Shown: positions 1 through 9,301, counted from the stretch's first letter. The stretch is DNA of 64,000 nt from Clostridia bacterium (GCA_045541975.1 JAZQKB010000034.1:2490-66489), one strand, 5' to 3'. Numbers and translations: made by a program. The notes: generated by a model not told the origin, from the letters alone.

Positions 1-1325
1 TGTTCTTTACCGGTTAATACAAAATATACGGTACGCAGAGCCGCTTCCATAACACCACCAGTTACACCGAAGATAACGCCTGCGCCGGTGTAGTCGCCCA
101 TCAGATCCTGGTCAAATTCTTCGTCGGGCAGACGGGTGAATAAGATACCGGCACGTTTGATCATACGAGCTAATTCTCTGGTAGTTAATACTGCATCAAC
201 ATCTTTGATACCGTCATGCTGCATCTGATCTCTTTCTTTTTCGTCTTTCTTTGCAGTACAGGGCATAATGGAAACCACGAAAATGTCTTTCGGGTCAATG
301 CCGTTCTTTTCTGCATAATAAGATTTAATGATTGCGCCCTGCATCTGGTGGGGAGATTTACAGCTGGACAAATGAGGCAGTAAGTCACCATAGTTATATT
401 CAGCATAGTTAATCCATCCGGGAGAGCAGGAAGTAATCATCGGCAGAACACCGCCGTTTTTGATTCTGCCAAGTAATTCGGTGCCTTCTTCCATAATGGT
501 TAAGTCAGCAGCGAAATTGGTATCATATACTTTATCGAAGCCTAAACGTTTTAACGCAGCAACCATTTTACCAGTTACAGCAGTTCCAACGGGCATACCA
601 AATTCTTCCCCTAAAGCTGCACGAACTGCGGGAGCAGTCTGCACAACCACGTGTTTGCCGGATTTCATAGCTTCGTCTACTTTTGCGATTTCGGATTTTT
701 CCATCAGAGCGCCGGTGGGACATACGCTGACACACTGTCCGCAAAGGATACAGGGAGAGTTTGCCATAGAACGGTTTTCAGCAGGTCCAACAATGGTTTT
801 GAAGCCACGGTTTTCAAAGCCTAAGATACCCAGTCCATGAGCATTCTGACATCTCTGCACACAACGTCCGCACAGGATACATTTGGAAGTATCTCTCACG
901 ATGGAGGGAGTGATTTCGTCAACAGTTACAGGAGTTTTTACGCCCTGGTAACGGCCTTCTCTTGCACCGGTGATATAAGCAACGTTTAACAGTTCGCACT
1001 GACCGTTTTTATCACACTGCTGACAGTTCTGATTGTGGTTGGATAACAGCAGTTCCACAGATGCACGGCGTGCTTCAGACGCCTTGGGAGTGGAAATGCG
1101 GATGTCCATACCTTCGTTTACGGGATATACGCAGGAAGCAACCAAGCCTCTTGCGCCGGCAACTTCTACCAGACAAACACGGCAGGAACCGTTGGAACAT
1201 TCGCCGTGATTAAATGCACACAAAGAAGGAATTTCGTAACCGCATTTTTTTGCAGCTTCCAAAATGGTTAAGCCTTCTTCCACCTGATAGGAAACGCCTT
1301 CAATTTTAATATTTACTTTAGCCAT
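1..1325 (-). CDS. hydA: [FeFe]-hydrogenase catalytic subunit of a HydABC-type complex (partial; C-terminus lies beyond the window start)
   Basis: Absent from the ORF track because it runs off the window. The minus frame is open from ATG 1325 (AAGGAGG upstream) to base 1. Hand translation: MAKVNIKIEGVSYQVEEGLTILEAAKKCGYEIPSLCAF... It has several ferredoxin-type Cys clusters and the H-cluster motifs TSCSPGW (L1-like) and MPCTAKKDE (L2). Confidence 0.85.
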   Translation of the reverse strand, partial: MAKVNIKIEGVSYQVEEGLTILEAAKKCGYEIPSLCAFNHGECSNGSCRVCLVEVAGARGLVASCVYPVNEGMDIRISTPKASEARRASVELLLSNHNQNCQQCDKNGQCELLNVAYITGAREGRYQGVKTPVTVDEITPSIVRDTSKCILCGRCVQRCQNAHGLGILGFENRGFKTIVGPAENRSMANSPCILCGQCVSVCPTGALMEKSEIAKVDEAMKSGKHVVVQTAPAVRAALGEEFGMPVGTAVTGKMVAALKRLGFDKVYDTNFAADLTIMEEGTELLGRIKNGGVLPMITSCSPGWINYAEYNYGDLLPHLSSCKSPHQMQGAIIKSYYAEKNGIDPKDIFVVSIMPCTAKKDEKERDQMQHDGIKDVDAVLTTRELARMIKRAGILFTRLPDEEFDQDLMGDYTGAGVIFGVTGGVMEAALRTVYFVLTGKE

Positions 1326-1339
1326 TTCGTTTTTCCTCC

Positions 1340-3220
1340 TTACTTCTGAATAATTGCTTTCGGTCTACAAGTAGCCAGACAAGCACCACATTTTACACAC
1401 TTGGAAGCGTCAATCTGATAAGATTTCAGTTTCTTACCGGGTGCAATGTAATCAGTCTGCTGGATGCAGCCTGCGGGACAAGCTTTCGCACACATTCCGC
1501 AACCTACGCAGTTATCCTGAACGATGGAGTACTGAATGAGATTTTTACATACTTTTGCGGGACATTTTCTGTCGTTAATATGTGCTAAATATTCATCTTT
1601 AAAGTGAGTTAAAGTAGAAATGATGGGGTTTGCTGCGGTCTGACCCAATGCACACAGAGAGTTTGCCTGAACGGTTTTACCCAGTTCTTCTAACTCTTCT
1701 AAGTCCTGCATAGTGCCATTGCCTTCGGTGATTCTGGTTAAGATTTCCAGCATTCTCTTAGTACCGATACGGCAGGGAGAACATTTACCGCAGGATTCGT
1801 CACAGATAAATTCCATATAGAATTTTGCAACGTCAACCATACAGTTGTCTTCGTCCATAACGATTGCACCGCCGGAGCCCATCATGGAGCCTTTTGCTAC
1901 TAAGTTATCAAAATCAATAGGTTCGTCCAGAGCTTCTTCAGTTAAGCAGCCGCCGGAAGGACCACCGGTCTGAATTGCTTTAAATTTCTTGCCGCCGGGG
2001 ATACCGCCGCCGATATCATAAATCAGTTCTCTTAAGGTGGTACCCATGGGGATTTCAACTAAACCAACGTTATTAACTTTACCGCCCAATGCGAATACTT
2101 TGGTACCTTTGGATTTTTCGGTACCGCAATCTGCAAAGGAAGCAGCGCCTTCTCTTAAGATATAGGGAACGCAAGCTAAGGTTTCAACGTTGTTTACAAC
2201 GGTGGGTTTACCCCACAGACCTTTCACAGCCGGGAACGGAGGACGGGGACGGGGCATACCGCGTTTGCCTTCGATGGAGTTTAACAGTGCAGTTTCTTCA
2301 CCACATACGAAAGCACCTGCACCCAGACGGATATGAGCCTGGAAGCTAAAGCCGGAACCCATAATGTTTTCACCTAAGATTCCCATTTCGTTCATCTGAT
2401 TGATAGCGTTCTGCAGACGTTTTACAGCGATGGGGTATTCTGCACGAACATAGAAGTAACCTTCGGTTGCACCGATTGCATAACCTGCAATCATCATACC
2501 TTCCAGCACTGCGAAGGGGTTACCTTCTAAGATGGAACGGTCCATAAATGCACCCGGGTCACCTTCGTCACCGTTACATACAACGTATTTCTGGTCTGCT
2601 TCATTTGCATAAGCGAAGCTCCATTTACGTCCGGTGGGGAAGCCTGCGCCGCCACGTCCACGAAGACCTGCAGCCAGCACTTCGTCAATTACTTCTTTGG
2701 GGTCCATAGACAGTGCTCTCTTTAAACCTGCAAATGCACCTTCGCCCATTGCTTCGTTGATGTCTTCAGGATTGATAACACCACAGCCGTGCAGAGCAAT
2801 ACGTTTCTGTTTTTTATAGAAGTTGATATCTTCCTGTTTCGCAACTTTTTCGCCGGTCAAGGGTTCTACGTAGAGTAAACGTTCCACGATTTCGCCGTTT
2901 TTGATATCTTTTTCAAAGATTTCTGCCACGTCTTCCACTTTTACCAGACGGTACAGAGTGTCTTCGGGGAAAATTTTAACGAAAGGTCCCTGAGAGCAGA
3001 AACCGAAACATCCAACGATGTTACAGGTAACTTTGTCACCTAAGTTGTTATCTGCAATCAGTTCATCAAATTTTTCTTTGATTTCCATAGAATTGGAGGA
3101 CAGACAACCGGTACCGCCACACAACAGGATTGCACGTTTTCCGTTGGAACCGTCAATCTTCGCGCTTAACGCATCGGTACAGCTGCAAATTTTAGCATCT
3201 AATTCTGCAAAAGTCTTCAT
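1340..3220 (-). CDS. hydB: NADH-binding flavoprotein subunit of bifurcating hydrogenase (NuoF-like, HydB)
   Basis: GRGGAGFPTGRKW FMN/NADH region and a C-terminal pair of CxxCxxCxxxCP ferredoxin motifs. Start moved to ATG 3220 (AGGAGG 11 nt upstream); the track start 3232 is a GTG abutting the RBS. Confidence 0.9.
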   Translation of the reverse strand: MKTFAELDAKICSCTDALSAKIDGSNGKRAILLCGGTGCLSSNSMEIKEKFDELIADNNLGDKVTCNIVGCFGFCSQGPFVKIFPEDTLYRLVKVEDVAEIFEKDIKNGEIVERLLYVEPLTGEKVAKQEDINFYKKQKRIALHGCGVINPEDINEAMGEGAFAGLKRALSMDPKEVIDEVLAAGLRGRGGAGFPTGRKWSFAYANEADQKYVVCNGDEGDPGAFMDRSILEGNPFAVLEGMMIAGYAIGATEGYFYVRAEYPIAVKRLQNAINQMNEMGILGENIMGSGFSFQAHIRLGAGAFVCGEETALLNSIEGKRGMPRPRPPFPAVKGLWGKPTVVNNVETLACVPYILREGAASFADCGTEKSKGTKVFALGGKVNNVGLVEIPMGTTLRELIYDIGGGIPGGKKFKAIQTGGPSGGCLTEEALDEPIDFDNLVAKGSMMGSGGAIVMDEDNCMVDVAKFYMEFICDESCGKCSPCRIGTKRMLEILTRITEGNGTMQDLEELEELGKTVQANSLCALGQTAANPIISTLTHFKDEYLAHINDRKCPAKVCKNLIQYSIVQDNCVGCGMCAKACPAGCIQQTDYIAPGKKLKSYQIDASKCVKCGACLATCRPKAIIQK

Positions 3221-3221
3221 A

Positions 3222-3710
3222 TTAGTTGGCACCTCCTAATGCACGGTATTCTTCTACGATACCGGGAACCTGGTCTACAGACAGTTTGGGATAAACTTTA
3301 CCGTTGATGGTAACTGCCGGAGCAATACCGCAGGCACCGATACATCTTAATGCGTCAATGGTGAACATACCGTCAGCGGTGGTTTCGCCGGGAGCGATTC
3401 CTAAGAGTTCGGAGAATTTATCCATTACCAGCTGAGCACCTTTTACATAACAAGCGGTACCCATACAGCAACCAATTACATACTTACCCTTCGGTTGCAA
3501 AGAGAAGAAAGAATAGAAAGTAACTACTCCGTAAATCTCTGCAACAGAAATTCCGGTTTTGTCGGAAACAATCTGCTGAACATCCAGAGGAATATATCCG
3601 TATTCATTCTGAATGTCACTTAAGATCATCATCAGGGGAGTTTTTTCATTTGCGTATCTGTCGCAGATTTCGCAAATCTTCTTTACCCCTGCGTCACTAA
3701 TGTGAGCCAT
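3222..3710 (-). CDS. hydC: Thioredoxin-like [2Fe-2S] subunit (NuoE-like, HydC)
   Basis: CCMGTACYVKG ... CIGACGIAP motifs. Start moved to ATG 3710 (MAHISDAG) behind AAGGAGG. The stop TAA lies 1 nt before the hydB ATG. Confidence 0.85.
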   Translation of the reverse strand: MAHISDAGVKKICEICDRYANEKTPLMMILSDIQNEYGYIPLDVQQIVSDKTGISVAEIYGVVTFYSFFSLQPKGKYVIGCCMGTACYVKGAQLVMDKFSELLGIAPGETTADGMFTIDALRCIGACGIAPAVTINGKVYPKLSVDQVPGIVEEYRALGGAN

Positions 3711-3816
3711 AATTAAGTCCTCCTTAAATGGTTTTGGTGTGAAAGAACGCACCGATTAGATATATATTGTAAATTTTTATTCCAAAGATATTGTTAATAT
3801 AATAACATACATAGTC

Positions 3817-3845
3817 ATTATAGCATACTCTTTCCCAAAATTCAA
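3817..3845 (-). promoter_or_regulatory. Sigma-A-type promoter for hydCBA
   Basis: Minus strand reads TTGAAT - 17 nt - TATAAT with a TGn extended -10, about 110 nt upstream of hydC. Confidence 0.5.
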
Positions 3846-3912
3846 TAGATTTTGACAAAAAAGTTCGCCTTTTTCCAAAAGGGAATCGTCGTTTTCCTTT
3901 TACCGTTAAAAA

Positions 3913-3984
3913 CTTCTTAAGGTTCCACTCCTGTATAAAAAAACCGTCCTCCTCCGGACGGTTTTCTGGTCGAGGTGACAGGAC
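3913..3984. repeat. Direct repeat copy 1: terminator hairpin plus the 18-nt tRNA-Pro 3'-end fragment
   Basis: cttcttaaggttccactcctgtataaaaaaaccgtcctcctccggacggttttctggtcgaggtgacaggac. It differs from 4105-4177 by 2 substitutions and one A indel (aligned by eye). Confidence 0.85.
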
Positions 3985-4065
3985 GAATCTGTGCTACGCA
4001 CATCTTATCTGCTTGGCGACCCAAAGGCTTCGCCTTTCGGTACCCGCCTTCGCACCAACTTCGCT
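3967..4065 (-). pseudogene. Possible degenerate tRNA-Pro-derived relic or structured tRNA-like element
   Basis: It ends with gtcctgtcacctcgacca, identical to the 3' end of the true tRNA-Pro. It contains a TTTGGG loop and a catctt block in the same relative order as the tRNA. No complementary 5' acceptor strand is present. There is a long irregular hairpin at 4015-4048. Confidence 0.3.
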
Positions 4066-4092
4066 AAAAACCGTTCCCCAAACGGTTTTCTT
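4066..4092. terminator. Terminator-like hairpin inside the inter-repeat segment
   Basis: aaaaaccgtt cccca aacggtttt: a 9-bp stem flanked by A and T runs. Confidence 0.4.
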
Positions 4093-4104
4093 TACGCTCG
4101 TTGC

Positions 4105-4177
4105 CTTCTTAAGGTTCAAGTCCTGTATAAAAAAAACCGTCCTCCTCCGGACGGTTTTCTGGTCGAGGTGACAGGAC
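4105..4177. repeat. Direct repeat copy 2 (overlaps the genuine tRNA-Pro 3' end and its terminator)
   Basis: See copy 1. The period is 193 bp. Confidence 0.85.
4129..4158 (-). terminator. Rho-independent terminator of tRNA-Pro (bidirectional shape)
   Basis: ccgtcc tcctcc ggacgg hairpin flanked by A8 and T4 runs, immediately after the encoded CCA. Confidence 0.7.
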
Positions 4178-4236
4178 TTGAACCTGCGGCATCTTGGTCC
4201 CAAACCAAGCACTCTACCAAACTGAGCTACACCTCG
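4160..4236 (-). tRNA. tRNA-Pro (anticodon UGG), CCA encoded
   Basis: The reverse complement cgaggtgtagctcagtttggtagagtgcttggtttgggaccaagatgccgcaggttcaagtcctgtcacctcgacca folds as a cloverleaf. It has a 7-bp acceptor stem, anticodon stem CTTGG/CCAAG, loop TTTGGGA and T-loop TTCAAGT. Confidence 0.95.
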
Positions 4237-4335
4237 TAAACCAATGGCTATTATACACTATTTTATCAGGATTGTCAAGCATTTTTAAACGGATAAATTT
4301 TTAGGGACTGCAATTGCTTCGCAGTCCCCGATTTT

Positions 4336-5322
4336 TTATTTTTCATTTCCCTGGTAACGGGATTTTCTTAATTTTTGCTGTTCATGCTTTTCATATGCTA
4401 AAATGATTTTCTGCACCAAAGGATGACGCACAACGTCCTTATGGGAAAGCATGGTAATCGAAATACCTTCGATATTTTTTAAAATGGAAACGGCTTCCTT
4501 CAATCCGGATTTTTTTCCAAAAGGCAGGTCTGTCTGGGTAATATCACCGGTGATGACCGCTTTGGTGTTAAAACCGATACGGGTTAAAAACATTTTCATC
4601 TGCTCGGGAGTAGTATTCTGCGCTTCATCCAAAATGACAAAGCAATCATCCAAGGTTCGCCCTCTCATATAGGCTAACGGTGCTACCTCGATTAATCCTT
4701 TTTCCGAATATTTTGCAAAGGTGTCGGAGCCTAAGCAATCAAACAGGGCATCATACAGTGGACGAAGATACGGGTCGATTTTAGACTGCAAATCACCGGG
4801 TAAAAAACCAAGCTTTTCACCGGCTTCAATGGCAGGACGGGTTAGAATAATTCTGGAAACCTCTTTATTTTTAAAGGCTGTGACCGCGCAGGCAACTGCC
4901 AGATAGGTTTTCCCGGTCCCTGCAGGACCGATGCCTAAGTTGATGATATTTTTTTCGATATTTTCAATATACGCCTTCTGCCCTAAAGTCTTCGGTTTGA
5001 TGGGTTTTCCTTTTGCGGTAACACAGACACAGTTTCCACCAATTTCGGCAACAGATTTCACATTCCCCTCTCTTGCCATACTGATAAGATAGCGGACCGT
5101 CTGTTCATCTAAGGATTCCTCAAATTTCAAGCGCTGAATCAACCCTTCCAGCACCTCGGTTGCCATAGTGGTGGCAACTTCTTCTCCACTGACTTTCACA
5201 ATGCCGTTTCGGTGAAAAATTCTGACGCCCAATTCCTTTTCAATCAGCAGAATATTTTCGTCAAAATTGCCGAACAGGCGGATTGCTTCGTCTACCGAGC
5301 TTATGAAAATTTCTTTCTCCAT
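4336..5322 (-). CDS. phoH: PhoH-family ATPase
   Basis: GPAGTGKTYLAVA Walker A and VILDEAQN Walker B. It sits in the conserved yqfC-yqfD-phoH order. Confidence 0.9.
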   Translation of the reverse strand: MEKEIFISSVDEAIRLFGNFDENILLIEKELGVRIFHRNGIVKVSGEEVATTMATEVLEGLIQRLKFEESLDEQTVRYLISMAREGNVKSVAEIGGNCVCVTAKGKPIKPKTLGQKAYIENIEKNIINLGIGPAGTGKTYLAVACAVTAFKNKEVSRIILTRPAIEAGEKLGFLPGDLQSKIDPYLRPLYDALFDCLGSDTFAKYSEKGLIEVAPLAYMRGRTLDDCFVILDEAQNTTPEQMKMFLTRIGFNTKAVITGDITQTDLPFGKKSGLKEAVSILKNIEGISITMLSHKDVVRHPLVQKIILAYEKHEQQKLRKSRYQGNEK

Positions 5323-5334
5323 ATATACCTCGTT

Positions 5335-6507
5335 TTATTCTTCGGTCGGTTTTTGGATTTCTCTCGGGATTCCAAGTTCCTCTTCACATTCTGCAAACAC
5401 CGTAACAGCTACGGTATCCTCCGAAAGCTTTACCGACTCGGTTTTTAATGCGATAATATCCTCAATCCCCTGCTCCGAAAGCTTTTTCAAAAATTCGTCG
5501 GTTGCTTCTTGAACCGCTTCTTCTTCGGTACGTTCTGTTTTTTGAAGATTGTACGCCAAATATTCGGTTTCCCGATAAGTGAGGAAGAGGAAATGCTTTT
5601 CTTTTATTATACTATCATAATTGTAAAAGTCAATAGTTTGCCCGAAATCCAAAGGAATTTTCACAAACGAAAGCTCCAGTTCCCGATGTTTTTTACTTTC
5701 TCCTGTTGGAATTTTTTCATACCGATACAGCTTTTTTTCAAAAGTTTCTTCCTCCCAGGTAACGGCACGGATACTTCCGATCGCATGAAGATAACGGCTC
5801 CCCAACGTTTGACTTGGAATTAACCCCGATATTAAAATCTGATCCTTTAAAACCGTGTCGCCTGCTTTCACCATAGCGTCTCCGTTTTCAGCGGTAATCT
5901 CCTTGATATAACCATCCTTTTTAGCCACAATATTGGAAGGCACATCCTTAGGAATCATTGGCGGAGAATCGGTCCTTGGAATTAAGGTAACAGTAAGATT
6001 GGTTCCCGAAAGCTCCACCCCTGCCCACAACACTTTGGGAAAGTGATTAATAATCTGATTGGCGACTGCGGTGGTATCCACGGTTTTTCGGATTTTCCCC
6101 ACACCAAGTCCGCTATCGGCTAAAAAGGAACGGATTCCGGCAACATCCATCCCGGGTGCGGCATCAAAGGTAACCGTCCAGATAAAAGAAGATGCCACAA
6201 AAATTCCTGCTAAAAAAACCATTGCCGATATCCAAAAAACCGTCCGTTTTTTCATGGTTTTTAGAAGCACGGGAATACCTTTCCCCTCCTGTACCAAAAG
6301 GGTTGTTTCCGTTTTTTGGGCAAATTCCTCCAATAGTTTCGCACCACGGTTACTGACCGAAAAAAGCATTGTATTTTCATTGGGACGGCAAATATTCCAA
6401 AGATACAGTTTATGGGAAAGACATAGATTTAAAAACTTTTCCAAATGGATTCCCGTCGCCATGTAACACTGATACCCTTTCACAAACCGATAGGCACGAA
6501 GCACCAA
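5335..6507 (-). CDS. yqfD: Sporulation protein YqfD
   Basis: N-terminus YRFVKGYQCYMATGIHLEKFLNLC with a single TM segment, and position after yqfC. The start is non-ATG (TTG 6507 or GTG 6504) behind GGGGA. Confidence 0.75.
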   Translation of the reverse strand: MVLRAYRFVKGYQCYMATGIHLEKFLNLCLSHKLYLWNICRPNENTMLFSVSNRGAKLLEEFAQKTETTLLVQEGKGIPVLLKTMKKRTVFWISAMVFLAGIFVASSFIWTVTFDAAPGMDVAGIRSFLADSGLGVGKIRKTVDTTAVANQIINHFPKVLWAGVELSGTNLTVTLIPRTDSPPMIPKDVPSNIVAKKDGYIKEITAENGDAMVKAGDTVLKDQILISGLIPSQTLGSRYLHAIGSIRAVTWEEETFEKKLYRYEKIPTGESKKHRELELSFVKIPLDFGQTIDFYNYDSIIKEKHFLFLTYRETEYLAYNLQKTERTEEEAVQEATDEFLKKLSEQGIEDIIALKTESVKLSEDTVAVTVFAECEEELGIPREIQKPTEE

Positions 6508-6515
6508 AATTCCCC

Positions 6516-6851
6516 CTATATTTTTTCAATGTTTACCACATTTCCCGAAACGGACACTTCTTCATCTGTCAAAGAAGTGATAATCAAAGAACTCCCCTGA
6601 ATTTTATACACATATTTCCGGGTGTTGACCTCAATTTGTGTGTCAGAAAAGCTGACAATTCCTTTATGATTCACAATCTCCACCAAAAAATCGCCCGTCA
6701 CGGTGATTTTCGGTTCACCAAGCAGTAATTCAGAAGAAATCCCCAGCCGTTCCGCCAGATTTTTTTTGGGTATTGGCGGAATCATCTGCTCCTGTAAATT
6801 TTTTTGCTTTTGATTTTTTTTGAGCTTTTTATCTGTTTTGTTTCGCTTCAT
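6516..6851 (-). CDS. yqfC: Sporulation protein YqfC (YabP family)
   Basis: The C-terminal two thirds match the YqfC/YabP pattern (ITVTGDFLVEIVNHKGIVSFSDTQIEV...). Start moved to ATG 6851 behind GGGAAGGA. Confidence 0.7.
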   Translation of the reverse strand: MKRNKTDKKLKKNQKQKNLQEQMIPPIPKKNLAERLGISSELLLGEPKITVTGDFLVEIVNHKGIVSFSDTQIEVNTRKYVYKIQGSSLIITSLTDEEVSVSGNVVNIEKI

Positions 6852-6921
6852 CTTCTGTCCTTCCCTTATGTATATTCCCAAAGGCTTTTCCATATAATGT
6901 GTTAACATTCTATGAAAACGG

Positions 6922-7860
6922 GTGAAAAATATGTCTAAATGGACAGGATGGGGACTTCTTTTTTTATTTTTATGTTTTCCTGACGCAGTGAAAAACGGTG
7001 TGATAAACGGATTGGAATTAGGGGGACGTGTGTTAGTGCCAAGTATTTTTCCCTATCTTGTGATCTCAGGAATTTTAGTAAAAACAGGGGCACTTCTTCC
7101 CATTTCTAAAAAAATAAAAATTGGGAAGTTATCCGAACCTGCAAAAGAACTTCTCATTCCGTCCCTGTTTTGCGGATATCCCACAGGAGCAAGACTGTCA
7201 GCTTTTGCATATGATAATGGTAGTATCACAAAACAGGAATACATTTTGCTGTTTATATTTGCCAATATTCCGGGATTTGGCTTTGCCGTATCTTACTTAG
7301 GCGGTTTTTTTGATCGTCATATTTTGGGTATTCTAATTTATTGCAGCTTTTTATTGGCATCGCTTACACTGATTTGGTTTTATGAAAGAAAAATGCCAAA
7401 TAAGAATCCAAAATTGTTGTGGCAGACGGAAAAATTGAAAGAACCAAAAGAGCAAAAGATACCAAAGATACCAAAAATAGCAAAAAAGCAAAAATTATCG
7501 GATGCATTGGTGGAATCCGTCAGCGAAAGCTCGCAAACGATGGTATCCCTTTTGTTTTTTGTGTGTTTTTTTGCCAGTCTGATAGATTTATTGAAAAAGG
7601 TTCCTTTGCCTGTTGAGTTCTTCCCAATGGGTGCAACCTTTTTAGAAATTACCACGGGCCTTTCCTTGCTCGTCCGGAGCTATCCCATAGAGGCGGTTGT
7701 ATTTTTCTGCGGGTTTTCGGGGTTATCTGTGATGTTTCAATCCTTGTATTTTGATAAAAACCGTGCCGTAAACTTTCTTCGTCTGTTTTTGGGACGAATC
7801 GTTTACGGCACAGTATCCGTATGTTATTTTATGATTCTTCGTTTTCTTTTCGTTTGTTAA
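6922..7860 (+). CDS. Polytopic membrane protein, YlbJ / nucleoside-recognition (Gate)-like
   Basis: Multiple TM segments. The N-terminus GVINGLELGGRVLVPSIFPYLVISGIL resembles sporulation membrane protein YlbJ. It has a central Lys/Pro-rich linker. The start may be ATG 6931. Confidence 0.5.
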   Translation: MKNMSKWTGWGLLFLFLCFPDAVKNGVINGLELGGRVLVPSIFPYLVISGILVKTGALLPISKKIKIGKLSEPAKELLIPSLFCGYPTGARLSAFAYDNGSITKQEYILLFIFANIPGFGFAVSYLGGFFDRHILGILIYCSFLLASLTLIWFYERKMPNKNPKLLWQTEKLKEPKEQKIPKIPKIAKKQKLSDALVESVSESSQTMVSLLFFVCFFASLIDLLKKVPLPVEFFPMGATFLEITTGLSLLVRSYPIEAVVFFCGFSGLSVMFQSLYFDKNRAVNFLRLFLGRIVYGTVSVCYFMILRFLFVC

Positions 7861-8315
7861 TTTAAAAGAACAATGGCGAAGTTTAAATACAGAGCAAACA
7901 GTTGCCACAAAAGATACGGCAGGTACAAATAAAATGCCCATTTCACATCTTTTAGTCTTCCCAAAAGCAATAGATTGACCAAAATCATAGCAATGAGGAC
8001 CACCAGTGCCACGCCAACCTGCTGTAGTGTAAAGAAAAAGAGGGGCCAAAGTGCATTTAACACAAGATTTGCCACATAAAGCCAAAAGCTGACGGTGTCA
8101 TCGGGATTTGCTTTGAAATACACAATCATGGAAATTGCCATCAGTACATATAAAATTCCCCACACAATGGGAAACACAATGGATGGCGGTGCCAAAGGAG
8201 GACGGACCAATGTGTCGTAAAATTCGGAGGAATTCATGGAAAAGAGTCCACCCAACACCGCTGCAACCACCGTAATCCCAACGATGAGCCATCCTGTTTT
8301 TTTGGTTTCTGACAT
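7857..8315 (-). CDS. tspO: TspO/MBR family tryptophan-rich sensory protein
   Basis: Five TM segments with the pattern RPPLAPPSIVFPIVWGILYVLMAIS ... LNALWPLFFF. Confidence 0.8.
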   Translation of the reverse strand: MSETKKTGWLIVGITVVAAVLGGLFSMNSSEFYDTLVRPPLAPPSIVFPIVWGILYVLMAISMIVYFKANPDDTVSFWLYVANLVLNALWPLFFFTLQQVGVALVVLIAMILVNLLLLGRLKDVKWAFYLYLPYLLWQLFALYLNFAIVLLN

Positions 8316-8445
8316 AACATCACCTGTTTCGGAAAATTTCCGCCTTTCTTTTATTTATTTTTAAAATGATTTACAAGCATACAATTGCTCTCTTACGAGA
8401 GAATTTTTCACAAACTATATTAACAGTATTGGAGGATTAATAAAT

Positions 8446-9264
8446 ATGTATGCATATCACGAGCTGATTTATGACCTGATTCGTTTGGATGTGTTTCAAA
8501 AAGAGATGTCCTTTTTCTCTATCGGCACATCAGAGCTTGGGCAAAATATTTTTTGCATTAAAGCAGGAAGAGGGGATAAAAACGTATTGGTAATTTCCGG
8601 GCATCATAGTCTGGAAACTATGTTGTCGGAATTTTTAATGGAATATTTGTTTCGTTCCAAAGAGGATTGGTTTTCAGGCATTACGCTATATGCCATTCCT
8701 CTGTTAAATCCAGACGGTGCAGAAATTGTGGCAGGACGGATTAAACCGCCGGAACCGTTTTTTGAAAAGAGTAACTGGCAGGCAAACTACCGTGGCGTGG
8801 ACTTAAACCATAACTATGATGCGGGCTTTTTTTTAGCAAAGGAAGCGGTTGCACAAGAAAGAATTATTAGCCCGAACCCCACCAAGTATGGTGGAGAACA
8901 ACCGTTCTCGGAATCAGAAACCAAGGCAGTGCGGGAATTATGCAAAAAAATCCCCTTTGAAGTGGCTATTGCTTTCCACTCCCAAGGGGAAGAAATTTAT
9001 TATGAATATGACGGCTTTTTGCCTCTCGGCACCTATCGTTATTTGGATGCGTTCCAACAAAAATCTCACTACAAAGTTGCAAAACCAACGGGAACGGCAT
9101 CTCATGCAGGCTTTAAAGATTGGTTTATTAAGACTTATCAAAAACCTGCCTTCACCGTGGAGGCAGGACTTGGAAAAAATCCTCTGCCTCACAGTTTATT
9201 TCCCAAGGTGTATGAGGATTGTAAAGTGATATTAGATTGTGTGATAGATACCGTGAGAATGTAA
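8446..9264 (+). CDS. M14 zinc carboxypeptidase, gamma-D-glutamyl-meso-diaminopimelate peptidase-like
   Basis: HHSLE zinc motif plus NPDGAE and GVDLNHNY motifs. Confidence 0.7.
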   Translation: MYAYHELIYDLIRLDVFQKEMSFFSIGTSELGQNIFCIKAGRGDKNVLVISGHHSLETMLSEFLMEYLFRSKEDWFSGITLYAIPLLNPDGAEIVAGRIKPPEPFFEKSNWQANYRGVDLNHNYDAGFFLAKEAVAQERIISPNPTKYGGEQPFSESETKAVRELCKKIPFEVAIAFHSQGEEIYYEYDGFLPLGTYRYLDAFQQKSHYKVAKPTGTASHAGFKDWFIKTYQKPAFTVEAGLGKNPLPHSLFPKVYEDCKVILDCVIDTVRM

Positions 9265-9275
9265 TCATATAATTG

Positions 9276-9301
9276 ACTCCCTCTTGAGAGGGAGTTTTTT
9301 T
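9276..9301 (+). terminator. Rho-independent terminator
   Basis: actccctc ttga gagggagt followed by a T7 run. Confidence 0.8.

Noticed and set aside
3991-4239. 82-aa (+) and 72-aa (-) ORFs
   Set aside because: They span the tRNA-Pro gene, its terminator and the repeat region, so they are not coding.
7419-7500. Short tandem ccaaagatacc repeats
   Set aside because: They encode a Lys/Pro-rich linker (KIPKIPKIAKK) inside the membrane-protein gene. This is low-complexity coding sequence.
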